A stretch of DNA of 64,000 nt from Lama glama (Eukaryota), in assembly GCA_028534125.1 (NCBI GenBank), contig CM052832.1, forward strand, positions 19,222,001-19,286,000. Reading direction: 5' to 3'. Made by a program: the position numbers and the translations under genes. Below are positions 1-12,039 of this stretch, piece after piece; position 1 is the first letter of the stretch, and the number at the start of each line of letters is the position of its first letter. The notes under the pieces were generated by a model. That model made no database searches. It saw only the letters and a program-made list of their open reading frames with translations, and was not told the origin of the DNA.

Positions 1-58
1 GAAGAGTTCAACTTTTTTCCCCCCCCATAACAACTTATCCTTGTAATTGATCTCCTAG

Positions 59-251
59 GTTCTAATGCCTTCCCATAATCCTCCTCCAGCCAGCCCGGAG
101 TTCAGCACAGCCACCATGGAGGAAAACTCAGTTCTCACAGTCACCCCCTGGAACACAGAGCAGAGCATTTCAACCCTTCCCACTAGCACCATCCCCACTG
201 AGTCCACCCCATCTGAGCAACCTGTATCTGCTCCCACTGTTCCCAGGACAG
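59..251 (+). CDS. KIAA0319: KIAA0319 coding exon (human exon 4 equivalent), Ser/Thr/Pro-rich stalk
   Basis: ctcctag|GTT acceptor, ACAG|gtaact donor; VLMPSHNPPPASPEFST...PTVPRT resembles recalled human VLMPSHSLPPASLELSS...TAPRT; 193 bp, ends phase 1. Confidence 0.92.
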
Positions 252-344
252 GTAACTTTAAAAAATACTACGGGAAAAAATGTACTGAAGAAAACACTGT
301 AAAATATAGTAGTGACAACTTTTAAAGTTTACTCATCCCCTCCA

Positions 345-1530
345 GGCAAATTGTTGAGCATCATTCATGTACCAGAAACATGCTAGGCACTGGGAATAAA
401 AAGATGAACAGATACTGTCTTTTCCGTCCATGACTCTATAGTCTAGGGAATGAGACTGACAATAAATAGCTGGTTGGATACAATATGGTAAGTGCTGTGA
501 GAGGCTGCTACGGGAGCAGAGAAGGGGCACGCTGCCTGACCCACTCAGAAGGGCCATGGAAGCCTTTCCAGAGGCGATGACGCTAGGATAGATGAACCAG
601 CTAAAATGGGGCTGGCACGTTGTTCAGGTCACAGGCGCTACATGTGTAATAACAATAATGATAATTGTATTTATTGAGCACTCACCCAGTGCCGGGCACC
701 ACACTTGGCATTTCCCACGCATCATTTCATTCATTGCCTCTGAGAAGGAACAGAGGTACAAGAGCTCACGTGGCATATTGGGAAGAACTCTAAGGAGTTC
801 TGTGTAGCTGCAACTTACAGGAATGGAGTGGGAATGGCCAGATGAGTCTGGAGTGGTGAGTGGGGCAAGATTTTGAAGGATCCTGTGTTCTATGCTAAGG
901 GATTTGTGCATTACTGGATGAGTAGAGTGAGTCCCTGAGAAATTTTAAGCAGGAAAGTGAAATGATCAAATTGACGTCAAGAACATTATATATATGGAGT
1001 TGACTGGAGGCAAGAGGATCCATTAAAGAAAAACCAGAGTGAGTGGTTGCAGGGATGGAGAGAAGGAACCAGATTCAAGAGAGATTGAAAGGGTAGAACC
1101 ACTAGAAGTTGATAAGTGGTTGAAGGTCAGGATGAAGGTGAAAGGACTCTAAGATGTATGAACACATGGAACTGAAAGTTAGATGAGGAGTTGGGCTGAA
1201 GATAAAGGACAAGGGGTCATCAGGGCAGCAGTGATAGTTGACAGCCATGCAGGGAGAGTGGTGGGGTAAGCCTGGCAGAGCCCTGAGGGCTGGACCTTTC
1301 AAGCTGTCATTATATCAGGGGCTGGGAGAGCAGAAGTAGCCTACAGAGCTGACAGAGTGCTGTTGGCAGAGAGGTAGGAGAGAAGGAGGAGGGCGTGGGC
1401 TGAGGGAATGAGAGAGGAGAGAGCTCTATGTCGGAAGAAGTGATGAAGGGGCCATGTGTCACAGAGGTCATGGTGAGGACTGAAGAGTTCCCATTAGGTT
1501 TACTACTAAAGGAGTTACTAGAGACTTTTG
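345..1530 (-). mobile_element. Decayed L2 fragments (with probable MIR piece ~650-800)
   Basis: ttgttgagca...tgctaggcactgggaata...tatagtctaggg typical of antisense L2 3' end, then purine-rich L2 body; boundaries approximate. Confidence 0.55.
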
Positions 1531-2868
1531 TCATGTTTCCTGAGCCTTTCTGTGGGTGATGGACTTTGAGGATTACCCTCTCTTCCTTGGCTGTTTACTT
1601 TTGATCCTAAGCTTCAGTAGCGAGGAGGATAATGATGGAGGAGAAGCTGTGTATATTGAAAGGGAAACTGGCCTGGGAATTAGAATCCTTGGGTCCTGAT
1701 AGTACCTATTACATAAAGTAGTTAGAGGATGAAATGAACTGATCATTTTAAAGCCCTTGGAACAGTGTCTGGCTTAGTTTAATCTGGTATGTAAATTAGT
1801 TGTTGAAATAAATACATTTAAATTAGTTAAAATTGGTGGGCGGATTACTAATGATCCACATAGCCTCGAGCAACTTCCATTGCTTTTCTCAGGCTCCATT
1901 TCTTCATCTGTAAAATGATGGGTTTGGACCAATGTCCCTTCCAGGTCCTCAGTGTTCTTGCAAGGAGTCAGTGCAAGTGACAGGAAGAGAAGCCAGAGAA
2001 AGCAGTGAGGCCTCTGCAGCTGGTCTAGGAAGGCACTCGAGGGGCTGAGTACAGACTGAGAGGGGATAAGAGGATTTAAATGAGCCACATGTCCCTCTAA
2101 CATCACCAAGCAGCTTAGACCTCTAGAGAGCACTCAGCTTTTTTTTTTTTCCAATCTTTGCTTTTCTCTATGCACTATCTCGACATATATCTCGATTGTA
2201 TTCTACAAGTGAGACCAATGCCCAGCTGAGTCCAGCCAATGAAATGTATAAATGTACCGCTGGGTATGGAGCAAGGAATTGCCTGGAATGCTGATTTAGT
2301 AGTTAAGTGCTTTTGATGAGAGTGAATGTTCCTGCTGCTTGAGTTAAAATAGCCTTTTTTATATTGAGGTTGACTGTATTTCCTCTTGGAAAGGTTCCAA
2401 GAGCGAGGCCATTGCAATAATTCATGGGGCTACTATCAGAAGAACTGAGTGGTGTGTGACTAATGAGACACAAACACTTATGATTACCCTCGACCTCTCT
2501 ATGAATAAAATTAACACTTACCAGGGAGTCAAGCTAAGCTGGTAGCAAGAGAAAATAGACCCAATCCATAGTACCCTCACCTTGTCACCAACTCTTGTCA
2601 CCAACATCTTGCTCAGTCAGCCTGAAGCCTTATTTTCTCCACAGTGCCAACTCACATAGACAGTTTAAAATGTACAAAATCGACCCTGCAGCATAATATA
2701 GGGCATGGTTCCGTTACCAGCTAGAGGGGAAATGTGTCTTAGATAAAATCACATGAACTGTTACAAAAATATATTATTTTATAGATACTAAAAACAAATC
2801 TATTATAGGCAGTAATATAACATCATTAAAGTATATAATGAAATGTACTATTTCTAATTAACTTTTAG

Positions 2869-2967
2869 TGAAAGAACTCATGGTGTCGGCTGGCGAAAAC
2901 CTAATAGTAACTTCACCGGAAAGTGAAGTTGAACTGAAGGCCTTTGTTGTGCCAGCGCCACCTGCAG
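2869..2967 (+). CDS. KIAA0319: KIAA0319 exon 5 equivalent, start of PKD1
   Basis: ttttag|TG...GCAG|gtgaga; (V)KELMVSAGENLIVTSPESEVELKAFVVPAPPA; 99 bp, phase consistent. Confidence 0.95.
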
Positions 2968-4153
2968 GTGAGAGTTTGACTTCCCTCTGACACCAGGAGG
3001 GGCTGATAGCTGGCGTGTCCTTAATGGGTCTTTACTGGTTATTTACAGTATTGATTCATTTTCACAACGTTGTGTCATTCTGGAGTGGATGACAAGGCTT
3101 TGATGATCATAAGCATTGAAGTGTATTTAAATAGTTTAAAATGGAGTAAAAGGATTGGAAATTAAGGATGGTGTATTTCCTTTAATTGGTCAGGATAGAA
3201 AGTCATACATCTCTGATGATACAAAGCAGAGTGATATATTAGGACAGGAGAGGTTTCCACATCCCAGCTTTTGACTTGTTATAACTCATGGAGCCTGAGA
3301 AGATACCACGTGTCAGGTGAAGGACGTGGCATGTGCACAAACGTTTGTTTGCAGATGTGGTGGTGATAACATGGCTCCGAGGTTCTCAGCATCCTCACAG
3401 CAGCTGTTCAAAAAATGTTGTTTAAAATACTTCCTTCTGCTTGTCCAGCACTCTGCTACTGAGCAAACATTTGGCCTACTCCTGTGACCTCGCAAATGCA
3501 TACTTTCTTAGAGTATATTCATTCTTAAGGTATTTGAATATTTCTCATTTGGGTTAGTTCCTTTATTCATTTTTCCCTCTGACATGAATCAAAATTTAAG
3601 CATAGATGATAATGTTTGGCATTTATATTTTACTCCTTCCAGCTGAGGTACCTCGTCCTTTAACCACTAGTACCCCAAGGTGGGAGGTGGGAGACAGCTT
3701 CAGCTTGATACAAAGAGGTTTAATCTGTTTCTCTGTCCTTACAAAAACCCCTACAACAGATTAAATGAATTGAAATCTCCTTGCCTTTTATTAAAAGGAG
3801 AAAAAGTACAGCGGATTATACATACTCTGTTAAAATTTATACGTATAGTCAGATATCACAGTCTGGAAGGAAAGTCATCAAACACTAACAATGAAATTAG
3901 GGCATTTAAAAAAATTTTTCTACATTTTCTAAATGTCTTATATGTTTTATGTTCTTATAATAAAAAAAGAAATTTTACATTAAAATGTTATGGAAACCTT
4001 GTTATTCCTCAGCTGGATGATAGTTGAAAGTTCAGTTCAGTATTTCTAATTGAGCTCTGCTGGTAGATTGAAGGCTGTCATTTTCTTCCCTCCACCCAGA
4101 TTATAGTGACCTCTCAGAATTTATAACTACTTATATTTCTTTTTTGCTCTCAG

Positions 4154-4251
4154 GAACAACCTACAGCTATGAATGGAGTTTAATAAGCCACCCTGAAGAC
4201 TACCAAGGTGAAATAAAACAAAGACACATGCGAACTCTTAATCTCTCTCAA
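4154..4251 (+). CDS. KIAA0319: KIAA0319 exon 6 equivalent
   Basis: ctcag|GA...CAA|gtgagt; (G)TTYSYEWSLISHPEDYQGEIKQRHMRTLNLSQ; 98 bp. Confidence 0.95.
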
Positions 4252-5103
4252 GTGAGTAACTGGGGACAAGTTGTATTTGACAGCATATCTTAGAATTCAG
4301 GTAACACCTTCTTAGCTGTTGAAGCCGGAAGTCTCTCTTTTGATTAAAATCAAAAGAAGGATCCAAATGAATCGAGTCTCAAGCATGTAGGTAGACAGGC
4401 AGATTTAAAAACAGGACCTTTTGGTAATTTTTCTTTGACTTACTTATGTGTCAACCCGGAGAAAAGAGCCTGGTTGCCCAGGCTGATCTGGGTCTCTGTT
4501 TGAGGTTAAAGTCTGTTTACAACTCTTGCTCCCTTTGCAGTGTTAGAGACATTCTGGTTATCTCTGATTCTTAGGCACATTTCTAGGGTTGCCAGCAATT
4601 GCATTCCAGTTCACAAATGGTTTGACTACCAATTATTGCTCCAAGATGTAAGCCCACACAAGAAGAAACCTAGTCCATAGATGACTGGGTTGTCATCAGT
4701 CCTGAGGCTGCACAGCTACTGGTGCAACACGAGTTGGCATCACCCCCGCGTCACTGAGCGCTGCCTCTCAAAGTCTGGTACCCGAACCACCCACCAGAGC
4801 TACTTGGTAAAACTGCATGATTCCCCTACACGCGAGTTTGAGAACTGCCGCCCTCAGCCGGTCTGTCTCACAAAGGCCTCAGTGAGGCATGTGAGCATCT
4901 GTAACTAAGCTGAAGGCCTTCCTGGGTGATCTTGGTGTCCAGAGTGCAGGCGTCACACACGTGGCCGTGTGTCCGCAGGGCCTGAGCCCCTTCTCTGTGT
5001 TGACTCCAGGAGAACGGCTCCTGGAATATTTTAGGATTTTCTAGGCAGTGGACCCATTGTGTCTTTTGCATGTTTACCGTTGTGACTTTTCTTGGTGTTG
5101 CAG

Positions 5104-5191
5104 TTGTCAGTCGGACTTTATGCCTTCAAAGTAGCGGTTTCTGGTGAAAATGCCTTTGGAGAGGGATTTGTAAATGTCAGCGTTGAGCCAG
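5104..5191 (+). CDS. KIAA0319: KIAA0319 exon 7 equivalent
   Basis: ttgcag|TTG...CCAG|gtaagg; LSVGLYAFKVAVSGENAFGEGFVNVSVEP; 88 bp. Confidence 0.95.
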
Positions 5192-5476
5192 GTAAGGCTG
5201 AGTAAGAGAACGGCCTCTTGTTGTACAGGCTCCATTTTTGGTGTCCTAATAACACAGTGATAGATATTTTTGGTTTTATATTAAGCTCCATTGTACAGAA
5301 AGCATGCAAAGACCCTAGTTAGTTTGATTTTTTTTCCCTTTCTGCTTGCTGTATAGTTCTTAGTACTCGCTTGACCCTGCTGTGCAAGGTTGCAAGGTCA
5401 TGGCTTGCTGTCCTTAGGTACTGGCATCACCTGTGCCTTAGCCTCCTGTGTCTGACGTCTGCTGCATTCACTCTTC

Positions 5477-5976
5477 NNNNNNNNNNNNNNNNNNNNNNNN
5501 NNNNNNNNNNNNNNNNNNNNNNNNNNNNNNNNNNNNNNNNNNNNNNNNNNNNNNNNNNNNNNNNNNNNNNNNNNNNNNNNNNNNNNNNNNNNNNNNNNNN
5601 NNNNNNNNNNNNNNNNNNNNNNNNNNNNNNNNNNNNNNNNNNNNNNNNNNNNNNNNNNNNNNNNNNNNNNNNNNNNNNNNNNNNNNNNNNNNNNNNNNNN
5701 NNNNNNNNNNNNNNNNNNNNNNNNNNNNNNNNNNNNNNNNNNNNNNNNNNNNNNNNNNNNNNNNNNNNNNNNNNNNNNNNNNNNNNNNNNNNNNNNNNNN
5801 NNNNNNNNNNNNNNNNNNNNNNNNNNNNNNNNNNNNNNNNNNNNNNNNNNNNNNNNNNNNNNNNNNNNNNNNNNNNNNNNNNNNNNNNNNNNNNNNNNNN
5901 NNNNNNNNNNNNNNNNNNNNNNNNNNNNNNNNNNNNNNNNNNNNNNNNNNNNNNNNNNNNNNNNNNNNNNNNNNNN
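5477..5976. other. Assembly gap (500 N), probably hides KIAA0319 exon 8
   Basis: Run of 500 N; the expected ARRVNLPPVAVV...IDGS segment is not seen between exons 7 and 9. Confidence 0.9.
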
Positions 5977-6488
5977 AGGTCTAAATTTCTATGATTCTAC
6001 GTAGCACATTTTGTTTGCTCTCTTTTAAAGTAGAAATGAGAAGTTTTCATGTATGGTACTGCTTTTCCCTGGATTTACACTTAATGATGAGGGTAGTAAA
6101 AGGTGTTTTGTAAATATGTATAAGCATCACTTAATTCTTGATGAATCTGCCAGTTCAGGTACCTATTTAAAGCCTCAGTAAGGTATCTTGTGCTGTCGTT
6201 GAGGTGAGTTTTTTAAACAGCAAGAGTGCCTGTCACTGTGCTTTTTACATCAACAGCTAAGTGGAAACACCCTCACTCAAACCTGGTGGAAATTCAGGAG
6301 GAAAATTGTGATGATAATTTAGGAAGAAGAAGAAATCCTTCCTTCTAATACACAATATATATCCGTTGAAAACTACGCAATTAGAATTTCGTACAAAAAC
6401 AAATTTAACTATGCAATAATATGAATGACCAAATTTATGTTTTAATATTCTTGCATATTAGTGCTCATTTATTTTTTAATCTTTCTAG

Positions 6489-6621
6489 AAAGTACAGATG
6501 ATACTAAAATAGTGAGTTATCACTGGGAGGAAATTACTGGGCCCTTCCTAGAAGAGAAGACCTCGGCTGACTCCCCCGTCTTACATTTGTCGAATCTTGT
6601 TCCTGGAAACTATACCTTCAG
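6489..6621 (+). CDS. KIAA0319: KIAA0319 exon 9 equivalent (GC donor)
   Basis: ttctag|AA AGT ACA GAT...; STDDTKIVSYHWEEITGPFLEEKTSADSPVLHLSNLVPGNYTF(R); ends TTCAG|gcaagt, phase 2 matches next exon; 133 bp. Confidence 0.93.
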
Positions 6622-6794
6622 GCAAGTGGGTTTCCCACCTTTACTGTGCCTTCTAGCACTGATGTTTTGACTATTTCCTTAAACTGATGCCTGTGGAACA
6701 CTGTGCTTCTTTTCATTTTGATCAAGAGGCAGGGCGGATTTGGTTTTCCTGGGTGCTTTGGTTGGCAGCCACTTTAGACTCTGACAGCCTCTTC

Positions 6795-6925
6795 AGTAAT
6801 ATAAATTAATAAATACAATATTATTTAAATGTATTAATTAATTATTAATCAATTAATAACTTATCTATTTATATAAATTAAATAAGTATATATTAAATAT
6901 AAAATAATATAAAAATAAATATAAA
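6795..6925. repeat. AT-rich low-complexity tract
   Basis: ~130 bp almost entirely A/T. Confidence 0.85.
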
Positions 6926-8233
6926 CGCCTCTTTATTGGAAACCTTTGGCTTTGGTTGTCAGGAATAATTTGGGATGGCATCTTTTTGCTGTGTTGAGTT
7001 ATGTGAAAGAAAATTTGTATCTTCAGAGTCAAAGGCAGAGTTTCATGATCTGTCTTAATCTTTTACTTTTTACAACTCTGAAAAGTATAACAGAAGTGTA
7101 ATAAACTGTACATATGTAAAGTATAACATTTGATGAGTTTTGATGTGCATACACCTGTCAGGCCATTGTCACAATCAAGATAATAAACATTTCCATCCTC
7201 CCCCGAAGTTTTCTCAAGCCCCTTTGGAATCCTTCCCTCCCTCCACTCCTGTCTTTGGGCAACCATGAGCTGCTTTCTGCCACCTTAAATTACCTTCCAC
7301 TTTCTAGAATTTCATATAAATGGAATTGTACAGTAAGCGCTCCTTTTTTGGCTGGCTTCTTTCACTCAGAAAATGATTTTGAGATTCATCCACTCTGTTT
7401 GTATCAATGGTTTGTCCCCTTTTGTTGCTGAGTACTATTCCAGTGCACGGATGGACCACGGTTTATTTAGCCTTTCACCTAGTAAGGGCATTGGATTGTT
7501 TATAGCTTTGAACTATTACAAGTAAGGCTGCCATGAACATTTGTGTAAAAGTCCGTGTGGACATAGATTTTCATTTTGGTGGGGCAAATACCCGAGTGGG
7601 AAGGCTAGGTTCTATGGTGAGTTTATGTTTAACATTTTAAGAAATTGCCGAACTCTTTCCCAAAGAAGGTGTATTATTTTGCATTCCCACCTGCAGTGGA
7701 TGAGAGTTCCAGTCTCCACATCCTCACCAACACTTGGTGTAATCATTCGTTTAAATTTTATCTAATTTGATGAGTGGTGGTATCTCATTATGGTTTTAAT
7801 GTGCATCTCCCTGCTGAGTAATGACATTAAGCACATTTTCAGATGCCTATTGGTCACTCATTTAACTTTTGTGACATCTCTGTTCAGATCTTTTTCCTGT
7901 TTTAAGAATTACTTTGTCTTAATTAGTTATAAGATTTTTATACATTCTGAAACAAGTTCTTCATTTTATATGTGTATAGTCTTTCCTCCCCAGTATATGA
8001 GTTTGTTTTTGTTCTCTTAATGGTATCTTTTAAAGAGCAAGTTTTAAATTTTGATTGTCTAATTTATCAATAATTTTCTTTTATGTTTTATGCTTTTTGT
8101 ATTCTATGTAAGTAAACTTTGTTTATCCCAAGATTGCACAGATCGTGTTTTTCTTCCAGATGTTTTATAGTTCTAGGTTTTATATTTAGATCTGTGATCT
8201 CTTTTGAATTATTTTTATGTATTGTGTAAGATT

Positions 8234-8270
8234 TCTGCAGTCAAATGCTCTACCCCTGAGCTATACCCCC
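8234..8270 (-). pseudogene. Tailless retroposed 5' half of tRNA-Cys(GCA)
   Basis: Minus strand GGGGGTATAGCTCAGGGGTAGAGCATTTGACTGCAGA (37 nt) matches recalled tRNA-Cys 5' half; direct repeat TAAGATTTCTG at 8227-8237 and 8271-8281. Confidence 0.85.
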
Positions 8271-9738
8271 TAAGATTTCTGAATGGTAAATCAACCTTGC
8301 ATTCATGAGATAAAACCTGTGTGATCATGATATCCTTTTTATATGTAATGGGATACAACTTGATAATATTTTTATAAGAATTTTCACGTCTATCATCATA
8401 AAAGATTTGGCTTATGATCCCCCTCCCCTCTCTTTTTCTCAATGTCTTTATTAAGTTTTGGTATGAGGATTATATTGGCCTAATAACACAAGTTGTGTAG
8501 TGATCCATCCTTCTTTATTTTCTGAAATATTTGTGAACAGCTGGTCATATTTCTTCCTTGAATGTTTGATGTAACTCACCAGTAAACTCATCTGGGCCTA
8601 GAATTTTCTTTTTGGAAAAGTTTTTGATAACAAATTCAATTTCTTTCCTAGATGTGAGGCTTTCATTTTTTAAAAATAGATGTGAGTCTAATAGATGTTA
8701 GACTTTCTGTTTTTTTCCTGTGTCCTTTTTTGGTAAATTGTATTTTTCAAGAAATTTGTTCATTCTGTCTAAATTGTCAGATTTGTTGTTGTAAAGTTGT
8801 TCATGATACATTCATATTATCCTTTCGTGTCTGTAGGATCTGTGGTGATAACCCTTCATTGATTTCTAGTATTAGTGATTTGTGTTCTCTTTTTCTCTTG
8901 GTCAGTCTAATTAAGGGGTTTGTTTATTTTGTCTTGTTAAAGAACCAGAACTAGAGCTGTGTCAATTTTGTTTGTTTTCTAATTTGTTCTTTCTTCTCTT
9001 CTCTTTATTATTTCTTTATTTCTGTTTACTTTTGCTTTACTTTGTTCTTCTTCTTCTAACTTCTTAGAGTAGAATCATATTTAGATCTTCCTTAAAAGCT
9101 TATGAAGCTTTTAAAGCTGTAATTTTCTACTGATTACTGCTTAACTACATCTCACACACTTTGGATGTTATATTTTTAAGATCTTGTATACTGTTTTAAG
9201 AATCTGATGATTTGGGGGAAGGAGCCCATCCATATATATTTATGAATCCTCTGAATCTGGCTAGGTTAATAAACTCTCAAGCATCTGCTGAATTCATCTT
9301 TGACTGAAAAGTCCACAGAGGTGCTCTAGAATGCTTTAGATTTTACACATGCTGTAAAAACTTCTGTTTTGGTTCATATAGTTGGAAGTAATCAGTAAGC
9401 AGCCCTCTCAGATTGGCTTCTTTCACTTAGTAATACGCATTTAAAATCCCCCCATGTCTTTTCATGGTTTGATAGTGCATTTCTTCATAGTACTGAGTAA
9501 TATTCTATTGTCTGCATGTACCACAGTTTATCCATTTATCTACCAAAGGACATCCTGGTTGCTTCCAAATTTTGGCAATTGTAAATATTGCTGTCAAAAG
9601 CATTTGTATGCAGATTTTTGTGTGAACATAAGTTTCAGCCCTTTTGGGTAAATAGCACAGAGCATGATTGTTGATCGTATGGTAAGAGTGTGTTTAGTTT
9701 TGTAAGGAACTGCCAAGCTGTCTTCTAAAGTGGCTGTA

Positions 9739-9804
9739 GGGGCGGGGCTTCAAGGTGGCAGACCAGAAGGTCGTGGAGCTTACCCTCTCCCACAAATACA
9801 TCCG
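9739..9804 (+). mobile_element. 66-bp tailless insert resembling an L1 5' terminus
   Basis: Flanked by AGTGGCTGTA at 9729-9738 and 9805-9814; G-rich start then caaggtggc...gtggagcttaccctctcccacaaatacatc. Confidence 0.6.
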
Positions 9805-11493
9805 AGTGGCTGTACCATTTTGCATTTCTACCAGCAATGGATGTGAGTTTCTGTTGCTCCACATCCTGGCCAGCATTTGGTGTTGTCACTGTGCCAGATT
9901 TTGGGTATTCTAATAGGTGTGTAGTGGCATTTCAGTGTTGTTTTAATTTTGTTTCCTTGATGACATGGTGTAGAGCATCCTTTCATATGCTTATTTGCTA
10001 TCTGTCTGTCTTCTTTACCGAGGTGTCATGTGTTTGTTTTTAGTTTACCACCTTGGCATCCATAGGTTGACACAGAAGAAATACAGGTTTCAAGAAACAA
10101 GTATTATCTTTTTATGATAAGAATAATGCACATTTTCCATAAAAATAAAATATAATATATCTATAAGCAGAAAGAAGGAAACTGAATACCTTCCACTACT
10201 TAGAAATAAACACCCTTGCCAATATAGTATTTATGTGTATGGTCTTTTTCTATACAGACATAAATATACCTTTTTTTCTTACTTGGATCAAAATATGTAA
10301 GACGTTTTACAAGCTATGTTCTATATTTTCTTCTAATATTTAAAAATGTTGTCTTTCACATTTAAATGTTATCCATCTAGAATTGATGATATATCCATTG
10401 TCCAGTACTAGTTACTGTATAGCCAGTTGCCCCAGTACTAGTTATTGTCTAGTCTGTCCTTTCCCAAGCTGTAGGACCACATCCCTCCTACATCACATTT
10501 TCATGTATGGGTGGATCTGTTCTTAGATTCCCCATGAACATTCCTGTTGTTCAATGTTCTGCAGCATCACATTTGATGCTGTGCTGATACATTGTAGATA
10601 ATTAATTTAACCCCATTATTCAGTGTTTGGGTGAACATTCTTACAGTTAAATTTTGGAGTGCAAGTAAAATGTCTGGGTCAGAGGCCTGTGTGTTTTTAA
10701 GGAATTTGATGTATGTTGCCAGATGATTGTCTGCTTCTTATCTGAGGGCTTTGTTTAGGTACACTTGTGGGAACGGAGTACGTGGGACAGTGGCCCAGAA
10801 TTCATGGGTCCCCGTACATGTGCCTTACCTATAAATAAGACCTGTGTTCCTTCCAGAGATTCATTCTCCTATTCACACCTGTTAAACATTCATCACTGCT
10901 CTGAGCTAACATTTTTATCCCAGAAGGATGAAGTGACCATATTTTACCGATCCAGTTGCTACCTCACCAGTGAGTTTACTACAGGAGGGTCAGGGCAGCT
11001 CTCTCTTTGTTGTGTGTGTTGGCTGAGTATCGTTTGTATTTGAAAATGCTTAATCCTAAAATTGCTTTGCAGGACTGTCCTGAAACCATAATTATATTAA
11101 GTCCTCTAGAAAAGAATGAGAAAATTCAAAAGTTTTGGAGCTGAAGATTCATGAGTGATTTGCTGTCTCCACATGCTCAGGCCTGAAGGCAGGTCTTAAA
11201 GCTGATACATTCTGGGTCTCAGATAGTAGAGAGAGGCCTCTGTGTTGGCTGAAGGATGATTTCTTCATCCGGCATCAGAAACCCATACAAAATTAAACTC
11301 TGTCATGTGAACATATTACTAGCGAAAAATGAAGTAAATCAACAGCAACATAGAATTTAAAATATATCCTCAAGTCTCTGTGCTTTTCTCTGCTTCATCC
11401 TCTGATTTCTATTTGCACCTGCTCTGAGTTTTTATGAGAAACGTATCGTGGGCAGACTAAATCGGCCATTTGCCTTAAGATTTGGCATATTCT

Positions 11494-12039
11494 TTAAAAT
11501 TATTTTTTTACATTTTTAAAAATTGAAATATAGTCAGTTTACAATTTTGTGTCAATTTCTAGTGTACAGCATAATGTTTTAGTCATACATATACATATAT
11601 ATTCCTTTTCATATTCTTTTTCATTATAGGTTACTACAAGATATTGAATATAGTTTCCTGTGCTATACAATATGAACTTGTTGTCTATCTATTTTATATA
11701 TAGTAGTTAGTATCTGCAAGTCCCAAAGTCCCAATTTATCCCTTCCCACCCCCTTTTCCCCTCTGGTAACCATAAGTTTGTTTTCTATGTCTGTGAGTCT
11801 GTTTCTGTTTTGTAAATAAGTTCATTTTTTAGGTTCCACATATAAGTTATATCATATGGTATTTTTCTTTCTCTTTCTGGCTTACTTCACTTAGTATGAT
11901 GACCTCCAGGTCCATCCATGTTCCTACAAATGGTATTATTTCATTCTTTTTTTATGGCTGAGTAATAGTCCGTTGTGTATATATACCACAACTTCTTTAT
12001 CCAGTCATCTGTTGATGGACATTTAGGGTGTTTCCATCC
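11494..12039 (-). mobile_element. Young lineage L1 3' end, 5'-truncated, 16-bp TSD
   Basis: ttgaaatatagtcagtttacaat... motif shared with other copies in window; AGATTTGGCATATTCT (11478-11493) / AGACTTGGCATATTCT (12040-12055). Confidence 0.85.

Larger units (their letters stand above)
7063..10030 (-). mobile_element. Old L1M-type fragments (3' UTR and ORF2 pieces) hosting two small insertions
   Basis: acaatcaagata..aacatttccatc, ttcactcag...gagattcatcc, cattcccacc.gcag...gagagttccagt; boundaries approximate. Confidence 0.7.

Noticed and set aside
2581..2605. 12-bp direct repeat cttgtcaccaac
   Set aside because: Short local slippage with no other support.
5371..5994. Long ORFs across the first N gap (and likewise 44115-44931 across the second)
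   Set aside because: Artefacts of translating N runs.
10395..10454. Degenerate ~30-bp tandem duplication (ccagtactagtta...)
   Set aside because: Old slippage-type duplication in decayed repeat; no endonuclease-site signature.
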